DNA of 64,000 bases from Nitrospirota bacterium (GTDB lineage: Bacteria > Nitrospirota > Nitrospiria > Nitrospirales > NS-4): assembly GCA_963788195.1 (NCBI GenBank), contig CAWBGA010000017.1, forward strand, positions 320,001 through 384,000, read 5' to 3'. The position numbers were made by a program, and so were the translations under genes. How positions within the stretch are numbered: the stretch's first letter is position 1; each line of letters starts with the position of its first letter. Shown here piece by piece: positions 53,426-64,000 of this stretch. Under the pieces are notes generated by a model, which did not search any database, was not told the DNA's origin, and saw nothing but the letters and a program-made list of their open reading frames with translations.

Positions 53426-54232
53426 TTGCAGTCAATTCTCTGCCTTCGTCTTTTCTCCATCAGTCTGGTCATTTTCGTTGCAACAGTCCTCCATCCCGAT
53501 GTCGCAGACGCCGTACGCCCATTTATCACCGACGATGCCCGAGTGACCGACAAGGGTACGGTGGCCGTTGAGACATTTGCGGAGTTGAGCACCAGCGAGG
53601 GGCAAAAGCCTGCGTATGGCCTTCACTCTTTGCAGAGCTGGGGTCTCACCAACCGATTAGAGCTGACGACCGGCGAATTAGGCGCTGAATATCGCGAGCG
53701 ACGGTTCACGCCGCATGACCTCGTGTTCCAGCCGAAGGTCCTCTTGTTTCAATCCTTCGGCGCCATTCCATCGGTCTCCACAGCCGCAGGTCTTTTGATT
53801 CCAATCAGCGGCAACCGCCAGCTCTGGAATACATACGCGATGGGCCACGTGAGCTGGTTTTTATTTCAGACCAGCGGACAGCCCCGATCCCTTTGACTAC
53901 CGGCTTGCGATCTACCTTAACGCAGGCACAAAAGGCCGCTACGATGCGGGCCTTGGGCGGCACACAAGTAAGCCCTATTGGGCGGCGGGCTTTGAAGTCG
54001 GCACGTTCGTCCGCCAAGTCCGCTTCCTGGCCGAAACCTTTAACGGCGATCCCTTCGACTTCTCAGAGGAATTTCCGGCGTATCAAACGGGATTTCGCTG
54101 GTATAAAAGTCCCACTGTGCAGATGGATATGACTTTCTAGGAGTAAATGCCGATCACAGGGGCGATCCTCACGCCCATTGGGAGTACTCTTTCCAGATCG
54201 GCCTGAGGGTCGTTCTGGACGTCTTTCGCTGA
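53426..54232 (+). CDS. exported hypothetical protein, possibly an outer-membrane beta-barrel; several frameshifts
   Basis: Signal peptide then RPFITDDARV; a shifted frame ends WEYSFQIGLRVVLDVFR. Confidence 0.55.
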
Positions 54233-54329
54233 CGTCGTCTTCTCTTTTATCGTGAATCTTCGCCTGACATCAGGTCTCGCCGAGTGAGCTTGACGAACTG
54301 TTGGGGTTGCGCTGAAGGTATATTCAGTG

Positions 54330-54360
54330 AAAAGAAACGGGGGCGTAGAGCCCCCGTTTC
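54330..54360 (-). terminator. rho-independent terminator of degP
   Basis: GAAACGGGGGC-loop-GCCCCCGTTTC followed by TTTT on the minus strand. Confidence 0.75.
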
Positions 54361-54396
54361 CATGCCAGTGCATTTGCCCTGCAGTCTTATCTGCTA

Positions 54397-55914
54397 TTAC
54401 GCAGTCACGGTGATGAACAAGGACGATCCCCGTCGGTTGATCAGCAACAAGGCATTCTGATCCTTCTTCAATGCCGACACGATCTGTTCGTAATCCTTCA
54501 CGGTCTTGACCGGATGGCGATTAACCTCTTTGATCACGTCGCCTTGCGCCAGCCCCGCGCGGTCGGCCTGACTGTCGGGTTCGACGTTGACGATCACAAC
54601 GCCTTGGGCGCTACCTTGCACCCCCAACTCGCGCGCCATTTGCTGATTCAGGCTCTGCACTTCAACACCGGCTAAGGCGCTCTCACCACCGCTCTCGGTA
54701 CGTGCCACCTGTTTTGGCTCAGTCTGCTCACCGACAGTCGCGGTGAGTTCCTGCTCGTGCCCGTTCCGTATGACCTTCACCACGGCTTTCGCCCCGATCG
54801 GGGTCCCTGTAACCGCTCGCTGCAACGCAGCGGCATCGTCAATCGGTGCCTGTTGGTATCCGACAATCACGTCACCTTGCTTGATTCCCGCCTTCTCAGC
54901 CGGGCTCTCTTCGGCCACATTGCTGACCAGCGCGCCTTTCGCCTCTTTCAGACCGAAGGACTTGGCCAGATCCTGATTGAGGTCCTGAATTCCGATCCCC
55001 AAAAATCCACGCACCACCTTCCCGCTCTTCATCAGGCTGTCAAACACCGGCTTTGCCATGCTCGCGGGCACCGCAAACCCGACTCCCTGATATCCGCCGC
55101 TCTGGGAGATAATCGCTGTGTTGATGCCGATTAGTTCTCCGTTCGTATTGACCAACGCGCCGCCTGAATTGCCCGGATTGATGGCGGCATCCGTCTGGAT
55201 GAAGTCTTCATACTGAGTGATGCCCATCCGCCCACGGCCCAACGCGCTGACGATGCCCAGCGTGACCGTGGAATTCAGCCCAAAGGGATTGCCGACGGCC
55301 AGAACGTATTCTCCGACCTGAAGCTTTGAAGAATCCCCCCAACCGGTATGCGGCAGATTGCTGCCTTCAATCTTGACCACCGCTAAATCCGTTTTCGGAT
55401 CGGTGCCGACGACCTTGCCCTTGAACTCGCGCTTGTCAGGAAGCGTCACGGTCAGCTCACCGCCTCCATCAACCACATGGTTGTTTGTGAGGATGTAGCC
55501 ATCGGGAGAAACAATCACGCCCGAGCCCATGCCACTGCCACGATGCTCACGAGGGTCCATGGGCCCCTGAGGTCCCTGCGGTCCGAAAGGACCCTTGTGT
55601 CCGAACGGGCCTTGCGGTCCAAAAGGATTAAAAAACTCTTCCGGCATCCTCTTCGAGGGTCCCCGAGAGTCCTTGGTTCTCACAGCCTTTGAAGTGATAT
55701 TCACAACCGCGGGTGTCACCGCTTTCGCCACGCCGGTAAAGCCGGGAACTTGGGCTTTCGTATCTGCTGCCGTCGCCGGTGCGGTGATTGGGGTTGACGC
55801 GGCCGATGCCGGTTGATGGTTATAGCTGACATATTCGCCGCCCAGGAAGAGAGCGCCGCCTAGAACAACCAGGGCCGCGATCTTCCCGAGATAATGATGC
55901 CAAAATGCCCTCAT
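54397..55914 (-). CDS. DegP/DegQ (Do family) serine endoprotease with two PDZ domains
   Basis: TNNHV, DLAVVK, QTDAAINPGNSGG; AAGGAGG RBS. Confidence 0.94.
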   Translation of the reverse strand: MRAFWHHYLGKIAALVVLGGALFLGGEYVSYNHQPASAASTPITAPATAADTKAQVPGFTGVAKAVTPAVVNITSKAVRTKDSRGPSKRMPEEFFNPFGPQGPFGHKGPFGPQGPQGPMDPREHRGSGMGSGVIVSPDGYILTNNHVVDGGGELTVTLPDKREFKGKVVGTDPKTDLAVVKIEGSNLPHTGWGDSSKLQVGEYVLAVGNPFGLNSTVTLGIVSALGRGRMGITQYEDFIQTDAAINPGNSGGALVNTNGELIGINTAIISQSGGYQGVGFAVPASMAKPVFDSLMKSGKVVRGFLGIGIQDLNQDLAKSFGLKEAKGALVSNVAEESPAEKAGIKQGDVIVGYQQAPIDDAAALQRAVTGTPIGAKAVVKVIRNGHEQELTATVGEQTEPKQVARTESGGESALAGVEVQSLNQQMARELGVQGSAQGVVIVNVEPDSQADRAGLAQGDVIKEVNRHPVKTVKDYEQIVSALKKDQNALLLINRRGSSLFITVTA

Positions 55915-55995
55915 ACACTCCTCCTTGTTGATTACTGTATTGCAGCTGTCACTATAGTGAATGGTTTGGATCGCTCTACAAGGTAGCAAGTTAGA

Positions 55996-56024
55996 ATGAG
56001 AAGAGGATTAGGACAAGATTAGAA
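55996..56024 (-). promoter_or_regulatory. three 7-mer direct repeats with 11-bp period (OmpR-family-type site)
   Basis: Minus strand TTCTAAT-N4-TCCTAAT-N4-TTCTCAT upstream of degP. Confidence 0.5.
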
Positions 56025-56053
56025 CTGGCTAACCTGGCCTATCTGTTCCGGGA

Positions 56054-57506
56054 CTATGAATCCCTGAAGATTCGCTGGAGCAGAGGCAGAACCACTGTAA
56101 ATCGAGAGCCTTTGCCTGGCTCGCTCTCGACCTCAATGTGTCCTTGATGTGCTTCCGCAATCCACTTGCAGATGGCGAGTCCGAGGCCTGTGCCTTTAGG
56201 AGAGTGCGCACGGGCCTCATCAGCGCGATAAAACCTATCGAAGATACGTCCCTGCGCTTCCGGTGAGATCCCGATGCCTTCATCGCTGACAGTGAGATGA
56301 ACGGCACTCCCCTCGCGCGTCAACGCCATCTTCACTTGCCCTCCAGCCCGCGAGTACCTCACGGCATTTTCCACGATGTTCAGGACCAGCTCCCGCAGTC
56401 GAAGTTCATCTCCCAAAACTGTGGCGGGTTGAATCTTCTCGATGAGCACTTCGATGCCGTGTTCTTGGCCAAGGACGGCAGCCTGTCGTTGGATATCTTC
56501 GACAAGCGTATCAAGCCTGACCGGTTGACGCTCCATGGTGACCTCGCCGAGGTCAGCACGCGACAAGAACAAGAGGTCTTCAACAATGCGTGCCATCCGA
56601 TCGATCTCCTCGAGATTGCTCTCTAAAACTAAGCCGATACTCCTCGGACGATCGGGGGCGGCGCAGTGCCAGTTCGGTTTCTCCCTTCATGACCGTCAAA
56701 GGCGTCCGCAATTCATGAGAGGCGTCGGCGCTGAACTGTTGAACCTGGCGAAAGGAGGTTTCGAGGCGCGCGATCATCTCGTTGAAGGTGATCGCGAGCC
56801 GTCCGATCTCATCTGTCGACCGCGAGACTACCAGGCGTTGGGTCAAATCGCCGGCCGCGATGCGCCGTGCGGCCTCCGTGATGGCTTCTACCGGCCGCAG
56901 TGCCCTGCCTGCCAGAAACCACCCGCCCGCAAGCGCGATGGCGAGCGCCAGAGGCCCCGTCAGCAAGAGCGTGAGAATTAATCGCTGCCGTATGGCTTCC
57001 ACCTGGCGCAACGACGTGCCGATCTGTAGGATGTGGGTCAGCGAGCCTCCGTATTGGATGGGAACAGACAAGAGACGCACAGGGGGTTCTTTTTCAAAGC
57101 GCGCGGATTCGAACACAGGCCGGCCCGCCAAGGCCGCCGTGAGCGCCGTTCGACTCAGGGGAATGGAAAGCCGGCGCACGTTCGGAGATTGAATCGTGAT
57201 CATTCCCGCCGGGCTGAAAATCTGAAAAAACTTGTCGATCACCGCGAGTTCCGGAAACTCATCCATGAGATTATCGAATTGGAAGAACGGCCCGACCCGT
57301 CGTTCCTCGAGCGCTTTCACCGCGACGCCCGCCGTTTCCTCAAGAGAGCGGTCCACCTGCTCTTTTAAGTTTCGTGCTATCACCATGTAAAGGGTGCCGG
57401 CGAAGACGGCCAGGATGACCCCGAGCGCAATCCCGTACCACAACGTTAACCTGACTTTCAGGGATAGTCCGCTGGCCGCCTTTTGTGCTTGGCCTGGGGA
57501 ATTCAT
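56054..57506 (-). CDS. HAMP-domain sensor histidine kinase (CusS/CzcS-like); frameshift near 56630
   Basis: Two TM segments, HAMP, DASHELRTPL, NIVENAVRY, GTGLGLAI. Confidence 0.9.
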
Positions 57507-58183
57507 TCGGCTTTCAGGACGTACCCGGTTCCTCGCACCGTGTGGATCAGCTTGTGATCCCGCCCTCGATCGATCTTGTTTCGCAGGTAGTTCACGTAGA
57601 CATCGATCACATTCGTGAAGGTATCGAAATCAAGGTTCCAGACGTGCTCCGCGATCATCGGCCTTGTCAACACCCTGCCGGCATTGCGCATGAGGTATTC
57701 GAGGAGGGCATACTCTTTGCTCGTCAACTCAATGCGTTTCCCGCCTCGAGTCACCTCTCGGGTAGCAGGATTGAGGATCAGGTCCTCTACTTGGAGGATG
57801 CCCACCGTCTCGCCGAAACCACGCCGGAGCAGGACGCGCACCCGCGCCAGCAGTTCTTCAATGGCGAACGGCTTTGTCAGGTAATCGTCGGCGCCCGCAT
57901 CCAGGCCCTTCACCTTCTGATCGACCTGCGAACGCGCGGTGAGGATTAGAACCGGGGCCGTGATCTGCTCTTTGCGGATCGCTCTGAGTATCTCCAGGCC
58001 GGAGAGACCCGGTAACATGAGATCGAGAATGATGAGATCGTAGCGGCCGTCCTTGGCCTCCCGGGCCAGGTCCAGTCCCTCTGTTCCGTCGGCGCGGACA
58101 TCCACGGCATAGCTTTCCTCTTCCAGTGCCCGGCGGATGAAAGAGGCTACCTTCGTCTCGTCCTCGACAAGTAAGATTCGCAT
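57503..58183 (-). CDS. OmpR-family response regulator (CusR/CzcR-like)
   Basis: ILLVEDE, LDLMLP, GADDYLTKPF, IHTVRGTGY. Confidence 0.93.
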   Translation of the reverse strand: MRILLVEDETKVASFIRRALEEESYAVDVRADGTEGLDLAREAKDGRYDLIILDLMLPGLSGLEILRAIRKEQITAPVLILTARSQVDQKVKGLDAGADDYLTKPFAIEELLARVRVLLRRGFGETVGILQVEDLILNPATREVTRGGKRIELTSKEYALLEYLMRNAGRVLTRPMIAEHVWNLDFDTFTNVIDVYVNYLRNKIDRGRDHKLIHTVRGTGYVLKAE

Positions 58184-58292
58184 CGCTACTTAGTCTTTCC
58201 CCCGAGTAAGGCGAAGGGTCACCGGAGATGCTTCGCTCCCTGAATGATCAGCAAGACTGAGAAATTATACCAGTTCGGGGATGTGCAGGTTT

Positions 58293-59215
58293 TCAGTGAT
58301 ACATGTACAGCGGCCTGTCGTCCTCAATGAGACGCGACTGGCTTTCTATCCCCGCCAGAAGGTGCTTAGGAAGGACAAACTGCGCCGCGCATAGTGCCCC
58401 GCTAAGGTACCGTAACTCGCCGGTAATACGGCTCGCGATCCGACGTTCGTATTCAGCAGCCGTATAGGGCTCGGTGAGTTGCTCCTTAGAGGCGATTTGA
58501 AATCCCCATGGCAGGCCGAAACATGGCACCCCGGCCGTGTAGGGCCAGGTGGTCGGGAATGTTGTTTTCAACGTCCGGTGGATCGATCCGAAGTTGAGGA
58601 GGTCATGGGCCGCGATCGTGTCCCGGCCTGTAAGGCGATGACGCCGTCGTCCGCCAGCCGACTGCTGACCAGACGGTAGAATTCGCGGGTGTAGAGGCGA
58701 TAGCATGGACCTTCCTCAATAGGATCCGACAGGTCGATGATGATGGCGTCAAAAACTTCATCATGTGTTTCAAGCCAGCGGCGCCCGTCTTCGATGATGA
58801 TCTCGGCCTTCGGATCATCAAACGCCCCGGCGTGAAACGCCGGCAAGAGCCGTCGGGAGACGTCGATGACCTCCTGATCGACATCCACCATGACCGCGCG
58901 CCTTACAGATCGATGCCGTAACACTTCGCGCAGAGTCGCGCCTTCGCCTCCGCCGATGATCATCACGGCGGCAGGGTCCGGATGGGTGAGCAACGCAGGA
59001 TGGACCAGGGCCTCGTGGTAGATGAATTCGTCGGTCTCCGTCGACTGGACTTTGCCATCCAGCACAAGGGACCGGCCGTAGTCACCGAACTCGATGACTT
59101 CAATGTGCTGGAAGGGGGTGTCCTTGGAGAAAAGGACCGATTTGACGCTGTGGAGATGTCCTTCGTCCGGCCCTAAGACTTCAAGAAACCACTTGGAGTT
59201 CTTTGGGGCGGCCAT
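58293..59215 (-). CDS. speE: polyamine aminopropyltransferase (spermidine synthase); frameshift near 58620
   Basis: LDGKVQ, YHEALVHP, IGGGEGATLRE, IIDLSDP. Confidence 0.9.
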
Positions 59216-59612
59216 AGGCGAAAATCCCCTTCTCGTCTTTAGCCACTTTAGTCGCCTTGGACCTCGGCATCATTCCGCGTTTCAACTCGATCAGGGAAGG
59301 CTGGCGAGACTGAAATTGCTCCACAAGGTACTGGGCGGCGATCTCTGGGCACAGCGTTTCACCACAGGTGAAAATGTCAACGGCGGCGTATCCATACTCC
59401 GGCCAGGTGTGAATGGCCAGATGGGACTCTGCAATCACGACGACACCGCTGATTCCAAAGGGGCTAAAGTGATGTAAATGGGTGCCGATGATGGTGGCCT
59501 TTGCCAGCTTCGCCCCCGCAACCAAAATCTCTTCCACTCTCTTCAGGTCGTTGAGGAGTTTCGCGTTGCACCCATTGAGTTCAAGTAGCAGATGCCTACC
59601 TAGTGCGTGCAA
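59181..59612 (-). CDS. speD: S-adenosylmethionine decarboxylase proenzyme (TTG start)
   Basis: LGRHLLLEL, IAESHLAIHTWPE, DIFTCG. Confidence 0.93.
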   Translation of the reverse strand: MHALGRHLLLELNGCNAKLLNDLKRVEEILVAGAKLAKATIIGTHLHHFSPFGISGVVVIAESHLAIHTWPEYGYAAVDIFTCGETLCPEIAAQYLVEQFQSRQPSLIELKRGMMPRSKATKVAKDEKGIFAYGRPKELQVVS

Positions 59613-59717
59613 TCCGGTTACCCCCTTTGGTGAGAGTGGTGATGAGAGTGGCCAATTTTTTGTCTATCGAACCTCCTACTCGGGTATTTCTACCGAGATC
59701 ACCCCGAAAAGGTTGTG

Positions 59718-59746
59718 TGAATATATCCGAACCCCTCAAATTGTCA
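59718..59746 (-). promoter_or_regulatory. putative sigma70 promoter for speDE
   Basis: Minus strand TTGACA, 16 nt, TATATT. Confidence 0.45.
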
Positions 59747-59827
59747 ATAAGATTTTTGGAGCTAGCTCAGCACTTGCCTCCTTGACGGCTCTCTCGTGGA
59801 ACCGATAACATCCGCATTGTCGACTCC

Positions 59828-60781
59828 ATGATCCACGTCGAACATCTCACTAAACGCTACGGGCCTAAAACCGCAATCGACGACGTGACCTTCTCCGTCG
59901 AAAAGGGAGAAGTGCTGGCATTTCTCGGTCCCAACGGCGCCGGGAAAACCACCACCATGCGCATTCTCACCGGTTCCTTGCCGGCGACCTCGGGAGTGGC
60001 GCGTGTGGCAGGATACGACTGCTTTGATCAACCGATGGAAGTGAAGCGGGTGATCGGCTATCTCCCGGAGAGCCCCCCGCTGTATACGGAAATGACGGTC
60101 ACCGAGTATCTTATCTTCGTCGCTCGCATCAAGGGGGTTCCGGTGGCACAGATCCCCTCGGCGCTGGATCAGGTGATGCAACGACTATCCCTCGGTGAAG
60201 TACGCGGCCGACTGATCGCTAATCTCTCCAGAGGCTTCAAACAACGCGTGGGGCTGGCTCAAGCCCTGGTCCATAACCCGGCCGTTCTGATCCTCGATGA
60301 ACCGACGACCGGTCTGGATCCCAAGCAGATCATTGAGATTCGCGAATTGATCCGAGAACTCGCCGGATCCCACACCATCATCCTGAGCACACACATCCTG
60401 CCCGAGGCGACCGCGGTGGCCGATCGGGTCGTGATCATTCACGAAGGGCGGATTGTCGCGGAGGATTCCCAAGAGCGATTGTCCGCGAGGCTACGCCGCT
60501 CAGAAAAGGTCAGCATAACGCTGAAAGCGCCGCCGTCCGACGTTCCGGAGCAGCTATTGTCACTGCCCGGCGTCCTCTCGGCTCATCCCGATGGCGCGAA
60601 CCGTTTTCTCATCGAAGTCGAGCTAGGCCGGGACCTACGTGAAGATCTGGCGCGCTTTGTGGTTGAGCGCCAGTGGGGCCTGCTGGAACTGAAGCTGGTC
60701 ACAATTACGTTAGAAGATGTGTTCCTGCGGCTGACTCAAGAAGAGCCTTGTGAGGCCACGCCTGAGGAGGTCCACCAGTGA
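59828..60781 (+). CDS. ABC transporter ATP-binding protein (GldA-like)
   Basis: GPNGAGKT, LSRGFKQR, LDEPTTGLDP. Confidence 0.92.
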   Translation: MIHVEHLTKRYGPKTAIDDVTFSVEKGEVLAFLGPNGAGKTTTMRILTGSLPATSGVARVAGYDCFDQPMEVKRVIGYLPESPPLYTEMTVTEYLIFVARIKGVPVAQIPSALDQVMQRLSLGEVRGRLIANLSRGFKQRVGLAQALVHNPAVLILDEPTTGLDPKQIIEIRELIRELAGSHTIILSTHILPEATAVADRVVIIHEGRIVAEDSQERLSARLRRSEKVSITLKAPPSDVPEQLLSLPGVLSAHPDGANRFLIEVELGRDLREDLARFVVERQWGLLELKLVTITLEDVFLRLTQEEPCEATPEEVHQ

Positions 60782-61548
60782 GCCCTGTCGGAGCGGTTGT
60801 ACGCAAAGAGCTTAGGACATATTTTGTATCTCCGATCGCATACGTCGTCGCGGGTGTCTTCCTGCTGTTGTTGGGCTTGCTGCTCTTTCTGCCGATCCTC
60901 GCCATCAGCAATCAGAGCCTTCAGATGTTGCGAATGCAAGGGAACCTTCCGGACGTGAATCTGAACCAGCTCGTGTTACGACCGGCTTTTGCGAACATGG
61001 CCGTCGTGATGTTGCTGGTGGTGCCGATCCTGACAATGCGGCTGCTGGCTGAGGAGAAGAAACTTAAAACGATGGAGTTACTGCTTACTTCACCGCTGAC
61101 GATTACAGACATCGTCATCGGGAAGTTTATCGCGGCATTCCTGGTCTTCGCGGGCATGCTGGCATTGACGGCTCTGGGAACGGTAGCTCTGGGCGCGATC
61201 GTCGAGCTTCGATGGCCGCCGATCGCCACGGCATACCTGGGTGTTCTCCTCCTTGGAGGCGTATTTTTGAGCGTTGGCCTCTTGGCGTCCGGGCTGACCG
61301 AGAATCAGGTCATTGCAGTGGTTGTGAGCTTTGGTCTGCTACTGGTTATTTGGCTGTTTGATTGGGCAGGGCAATTACTCGGCGACTCGCCGTTAGGGAA
61401 ACTCATGTCATACCTCTCGCCGATCGGCCATTTTGACAACCTGGTAAAGGGTCTCATAAACAGCAAAGACCTGGTGTATTTCGCCACAGCCATCATACTC
61501 AGCTTATTTCTGACGCATCGCGTCCTTGAATCGCAACGATGGCGGTGA
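60778..61548 (+). CDS. ABC-2 type permease (GldF-like)
   Basis: KELRTYFVSPIAY, MRLLAEEKK..TMELLLTSP, TENQVIA. Confidence 0.88.
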   Translation: MSPVGAVVRKELRTYFVSPIAYVVAGVFLLLLGLLLFLPILAISNQSLQMLRMQGNLPDVNLNQLVLRPAFANMAVVMLLVVPILTMRLLAEEKKLKTMELLLTSPLTITDIVIGKFIAAFLVFAGMLALTALGTVALGAIVELRWPPIATAYLGVLLLGGVFLSVGLLASGLTENQVIAVVVSFGLLLVIWLFDWAGQLLGDSPLGKLMSYLSPIGHFDNLVKGLINSKDLVYFATAIILSLFLTHRVLESQRWR

Positions 61549-63069
61549 TGTCTCGTCGTTTCAGTCTTGCATTAGGCATACTAGGGGCGACTTTGGCGGT
61601 CGCGGGCGTTGTGGTCTACGTCCGAGCGCCTCACCAAACCGTCCTGATCGCGGTCCTCGAAGCCGTCGCCGTCGCATCACTCACTATTTTCCTGATCACG
61701 CACTTTGATCTGTTCCGGCAATTCTCCCGGCGCCCGGTCCGCCTGGGATTTAACAGCGTCCTCATGGTCCTGCTTGTGGGCGTCATTCTCGGGATCCTGA
61801 ATTTCCTCGCCGCACGTCATGAGTATCCGGTGGGATTTCTCGGAAACCAAGCGATTCACGCTGGCGCCGCAGACGGCCCGCGCCCTTCGTGATTTGCCTC
61901 GCGACGTCAAGATCACGGTGTTCACCAATGAGAAGGGCCAGTACGCAATCTATAAGGATCTTCTTGAAAACTATCAGGCGCGAAGTCAAAAGGTGGCAGT
62001 TGAATTCGTCGACCCTGATAAAAAGCCCGGCCTCGCGCGCCGCTATGGGATCACGCGCCTCGACACGGCCGTGCTGGAAAGCGGGAAACAAGAGACGCGC
62101 GTCATGGCGCCGACGGAGCAGGAACTGACCAACGCTCTGTCGCGTGTGGCGCGGGACGATAAAAAATCAATCTACTTCTTGGCAGGCCATGCCGAGCATC
62201 AACTGGACGATACCTCGGAAGCCGGGTACGCCTTTCTCAAAAAGGCTCTCGAGCAGCAAGGGTATTCCGTACAGTCGCTCTCGCTGTATGAGTCCAAGAC
62301 CGTGCCGCCCGAGACGAGTCTCCTGATTCTCGGAGGCCCGCGACGGCCCGTCACCGCGCAGGAGCAGGCGATGATCTCGGATTACGTCACAAAGGGGGGC
62401 CGGCTTCTTGCCATGGTGGACCCCCAATCAAAAGCCGGTGTCGAAAGCCTGCTGGCCACATGGGGACTCAACTTAGATCCCCGCATTGTCCTCGATGAGC
62501 AAAAGATCTTAAACGGCGATTTGACCATGCCGGTCGTGAGTAACTATGGGACACACGAGATGACCCAGGACCTGCGTGGTCTGCTGACCGTGTTTCCGGA
62601 CGTTCGTCCGCTCGTATGGGACGACAGCAAAAAAAGCGACTGGGAATTTCACCCTCTGGCGAAATCCAGCGCGCGCAGTTGGGCGAGTCCCGAAGATAAA
62701 GGGGAAGTCCACTTTGATCCCACGAAGGATACCCAAGGTCCCTTCACCCTGGCTGCTTTGGTGACGGGACGGAAAGACCCGTCCGATAACGCCCGCCGTC
62801 CGGCGATCGTGGCTATTGGCGATTCCGACCTGGCCTCCAACGCTTTTCTAAACCTCGCTCCCGGCAACAACGACTTTATTCTCCACGTGGTGGCATGGCT
62901 CGCCGAGGAAAAAGGCCTGATCACGATTGCGCCGAAGGACACTGGGTTTGCGACGTTTTTGGTGACGCCTTCGCAGGCCGCCGCGCTCTTGGCTTTGCAG
63001 GTGTTGGCCCTGCCGACCGCTTGTCTCATTATGGGTATTGTCGTATGGCGCTACCGGCGCAGGCTCTAA
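61539..63069 (+). CDS. GldG-family ABC auxiliary component; frameshift near 61820
   Basis: WDFSE..FTLA, FVDPD, EQELT, YFLAGHAE, IGDSD, C-terminal TM then WRYRRR. Confidence 0.85.
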
Positions 63070-63143
63070 CCCCACTCAGATCATCCACGGTTTGTTCGGC
63101 CACATGTGACAATCTCGATCCATTGCGCACCCTCAACTGACCA

Positions 63144-64000
63144 ATGTCGCGCCCAATTCTTATCCTCTTCATGCTTGCTCTGGGACTGGGACTGTTCGTC
63201 TGGCTCATCGAGATGCCCGCGGAAAACAAGCGGGCGCAAGTCGAGACGGAATCGCAGCAACTCATGTCGTTTAAGGAGAGCGATGTCCAGGGCCTGACAA
63301 TCCATTCCCCAGCGGGGGATATTGCGCTCACCCGTAATCCAGCCACTCCGCCGGATAGCTGGACCATCACACAGCCAAGGACCATGGACGCCGACCGTCA
63401 AGCCGTCGAAGACTTTTTACGCACATTGATTCTGGCCAAAGTGTCTCGCGTTGTCGACGATACCGGGAAGGACCTGTCGGATTATGGCCTCGCCCTGCCC
63501 GCCATGTCCGTCTCAGTGCGCCTGCCCTCCGGAAACCAGACCGTGCTGTTCGGCGACTCCGGTCCATTATCATCCACGTTATATGCCAAGCGCGAAGGCG
63601 AACAAAAAGTTCTGCTCACGTCCCTCGCGGGGCGAGAGGTACTGACAAAGAGTCTGCAGGATTTTAGGCGGAAGCGGGTCTTTGAATTCGATCGCTCTCG
63701 CGTGTCGCGGTTGAAAATCACGCATCCGGAGCAGACTGTTGTGCTTTATAAAGAAGGCCGCGGAGAGAAGGCTGTATGGACCATCAAAGCCCCCGTTCAA
63801 GCCCCCGCCGACCAACCGGAAGTTCGAAGCCTGCTGTTCGCCTTGGAGGACCTTAAAGCCCAGGGCTTCGTCGACGATCCTCAAGAACGGCGCGCGACGA
63901 AAACAGCACTTAAGACGCCGCTGGTCGCGATTACTGTGCATGAAGACTCTTCGGAGGCGGGCACACCTGGCGCTGACCGGACCATCAATCTCTTCTTGAG
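63144..64000 (+). CDS. DUF4340 domain protein (3' end beyond window)
   Basis: Manual translation: N-terminal TM, DYGL..P, LFGD, DFRRKRVF; typical position after gldAFG-like genes. Confidence 0.75.
   Translation, partial: MSRPILILFMLALGLGLFVWLIEMPAENKRAQVETESQQLMSFKESDVQGLTIHSPAGDIALTRNPATPPDSWTITQPRTMDADRQAVEDFLRTLILAKVSRVVDDTGKDLSDYGLALPAMSVSVRLPSGNQTVLFGDSGPLSSTLYAKREGEQKVLLTSLAGREVLTKSLQDFRRKRVFEFDRSRVSRLKITHPEQTVVLYKEGRGEKAVWTIKAPVQAPADQPEVRSLLFALEDLKAQGFVDDPQERRATKTALKTPLVAITVHEDSSEAGTPGADRTINLFL

Noticed and set aside
55555..55630. Repeat insertion in degP (GPQGPFG repeats)
   Set aside because: Low-complexity sequence in the known variable loop before the protease domain.
59828..64000. 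Gliding motility system
   Set aside because: GldAFG-like plus DUF4340 ABC clusters are widespread, and no other gld or type IX secretion genes are here.

Overview
GC-rich (~60%) bacterial chromosomal segment. The gene set suggests Nitrospirota, which is inference only. It is mostly housekeeping: clpB; an Rrf2-led sulfate assimilation cluster (sulfite reductase-HEPN-TusA fusion, cysH, cysD, cysN with a degenerate kinase domain, then YbiB-like, Mrp and PCP_red-like genes); anmK; an internally deleted gnd plus zwf; a Zn/Mn ABC transporter; UvrD; ApbE; glgP; a MoxR pair; CheB/CheR kinase, diguanylate cyclase, peptidases and an MshEN-bearing PilB; HEAT proteins; DUF3015/DUF4105; rlpA; rimO; degP with a two-component system; speDE; and a GldAFG-like ABC system. 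About 20 genes are broken by small frameshifts, most likely assembly indels. No rRNA, tRNA, CRISPR array or transposase was recognised. The most unusual signal is a dispersed ~50-80 nt repeat family (at least 9 copies) with a covarying hairpin between G-runs (GGGG-hairpin-GGG-GGG-GGG). It clusters inside the metal-ABC operon and is also translated in frame within two HEAT-repeat genes. Other highlights are a 68-aa head-to-tail mini-Gnd, and possible CysK-binding Y-x-I tails on both the Rrf2 regulator and CysN. Family calls are from remembered motifs, not database searches.
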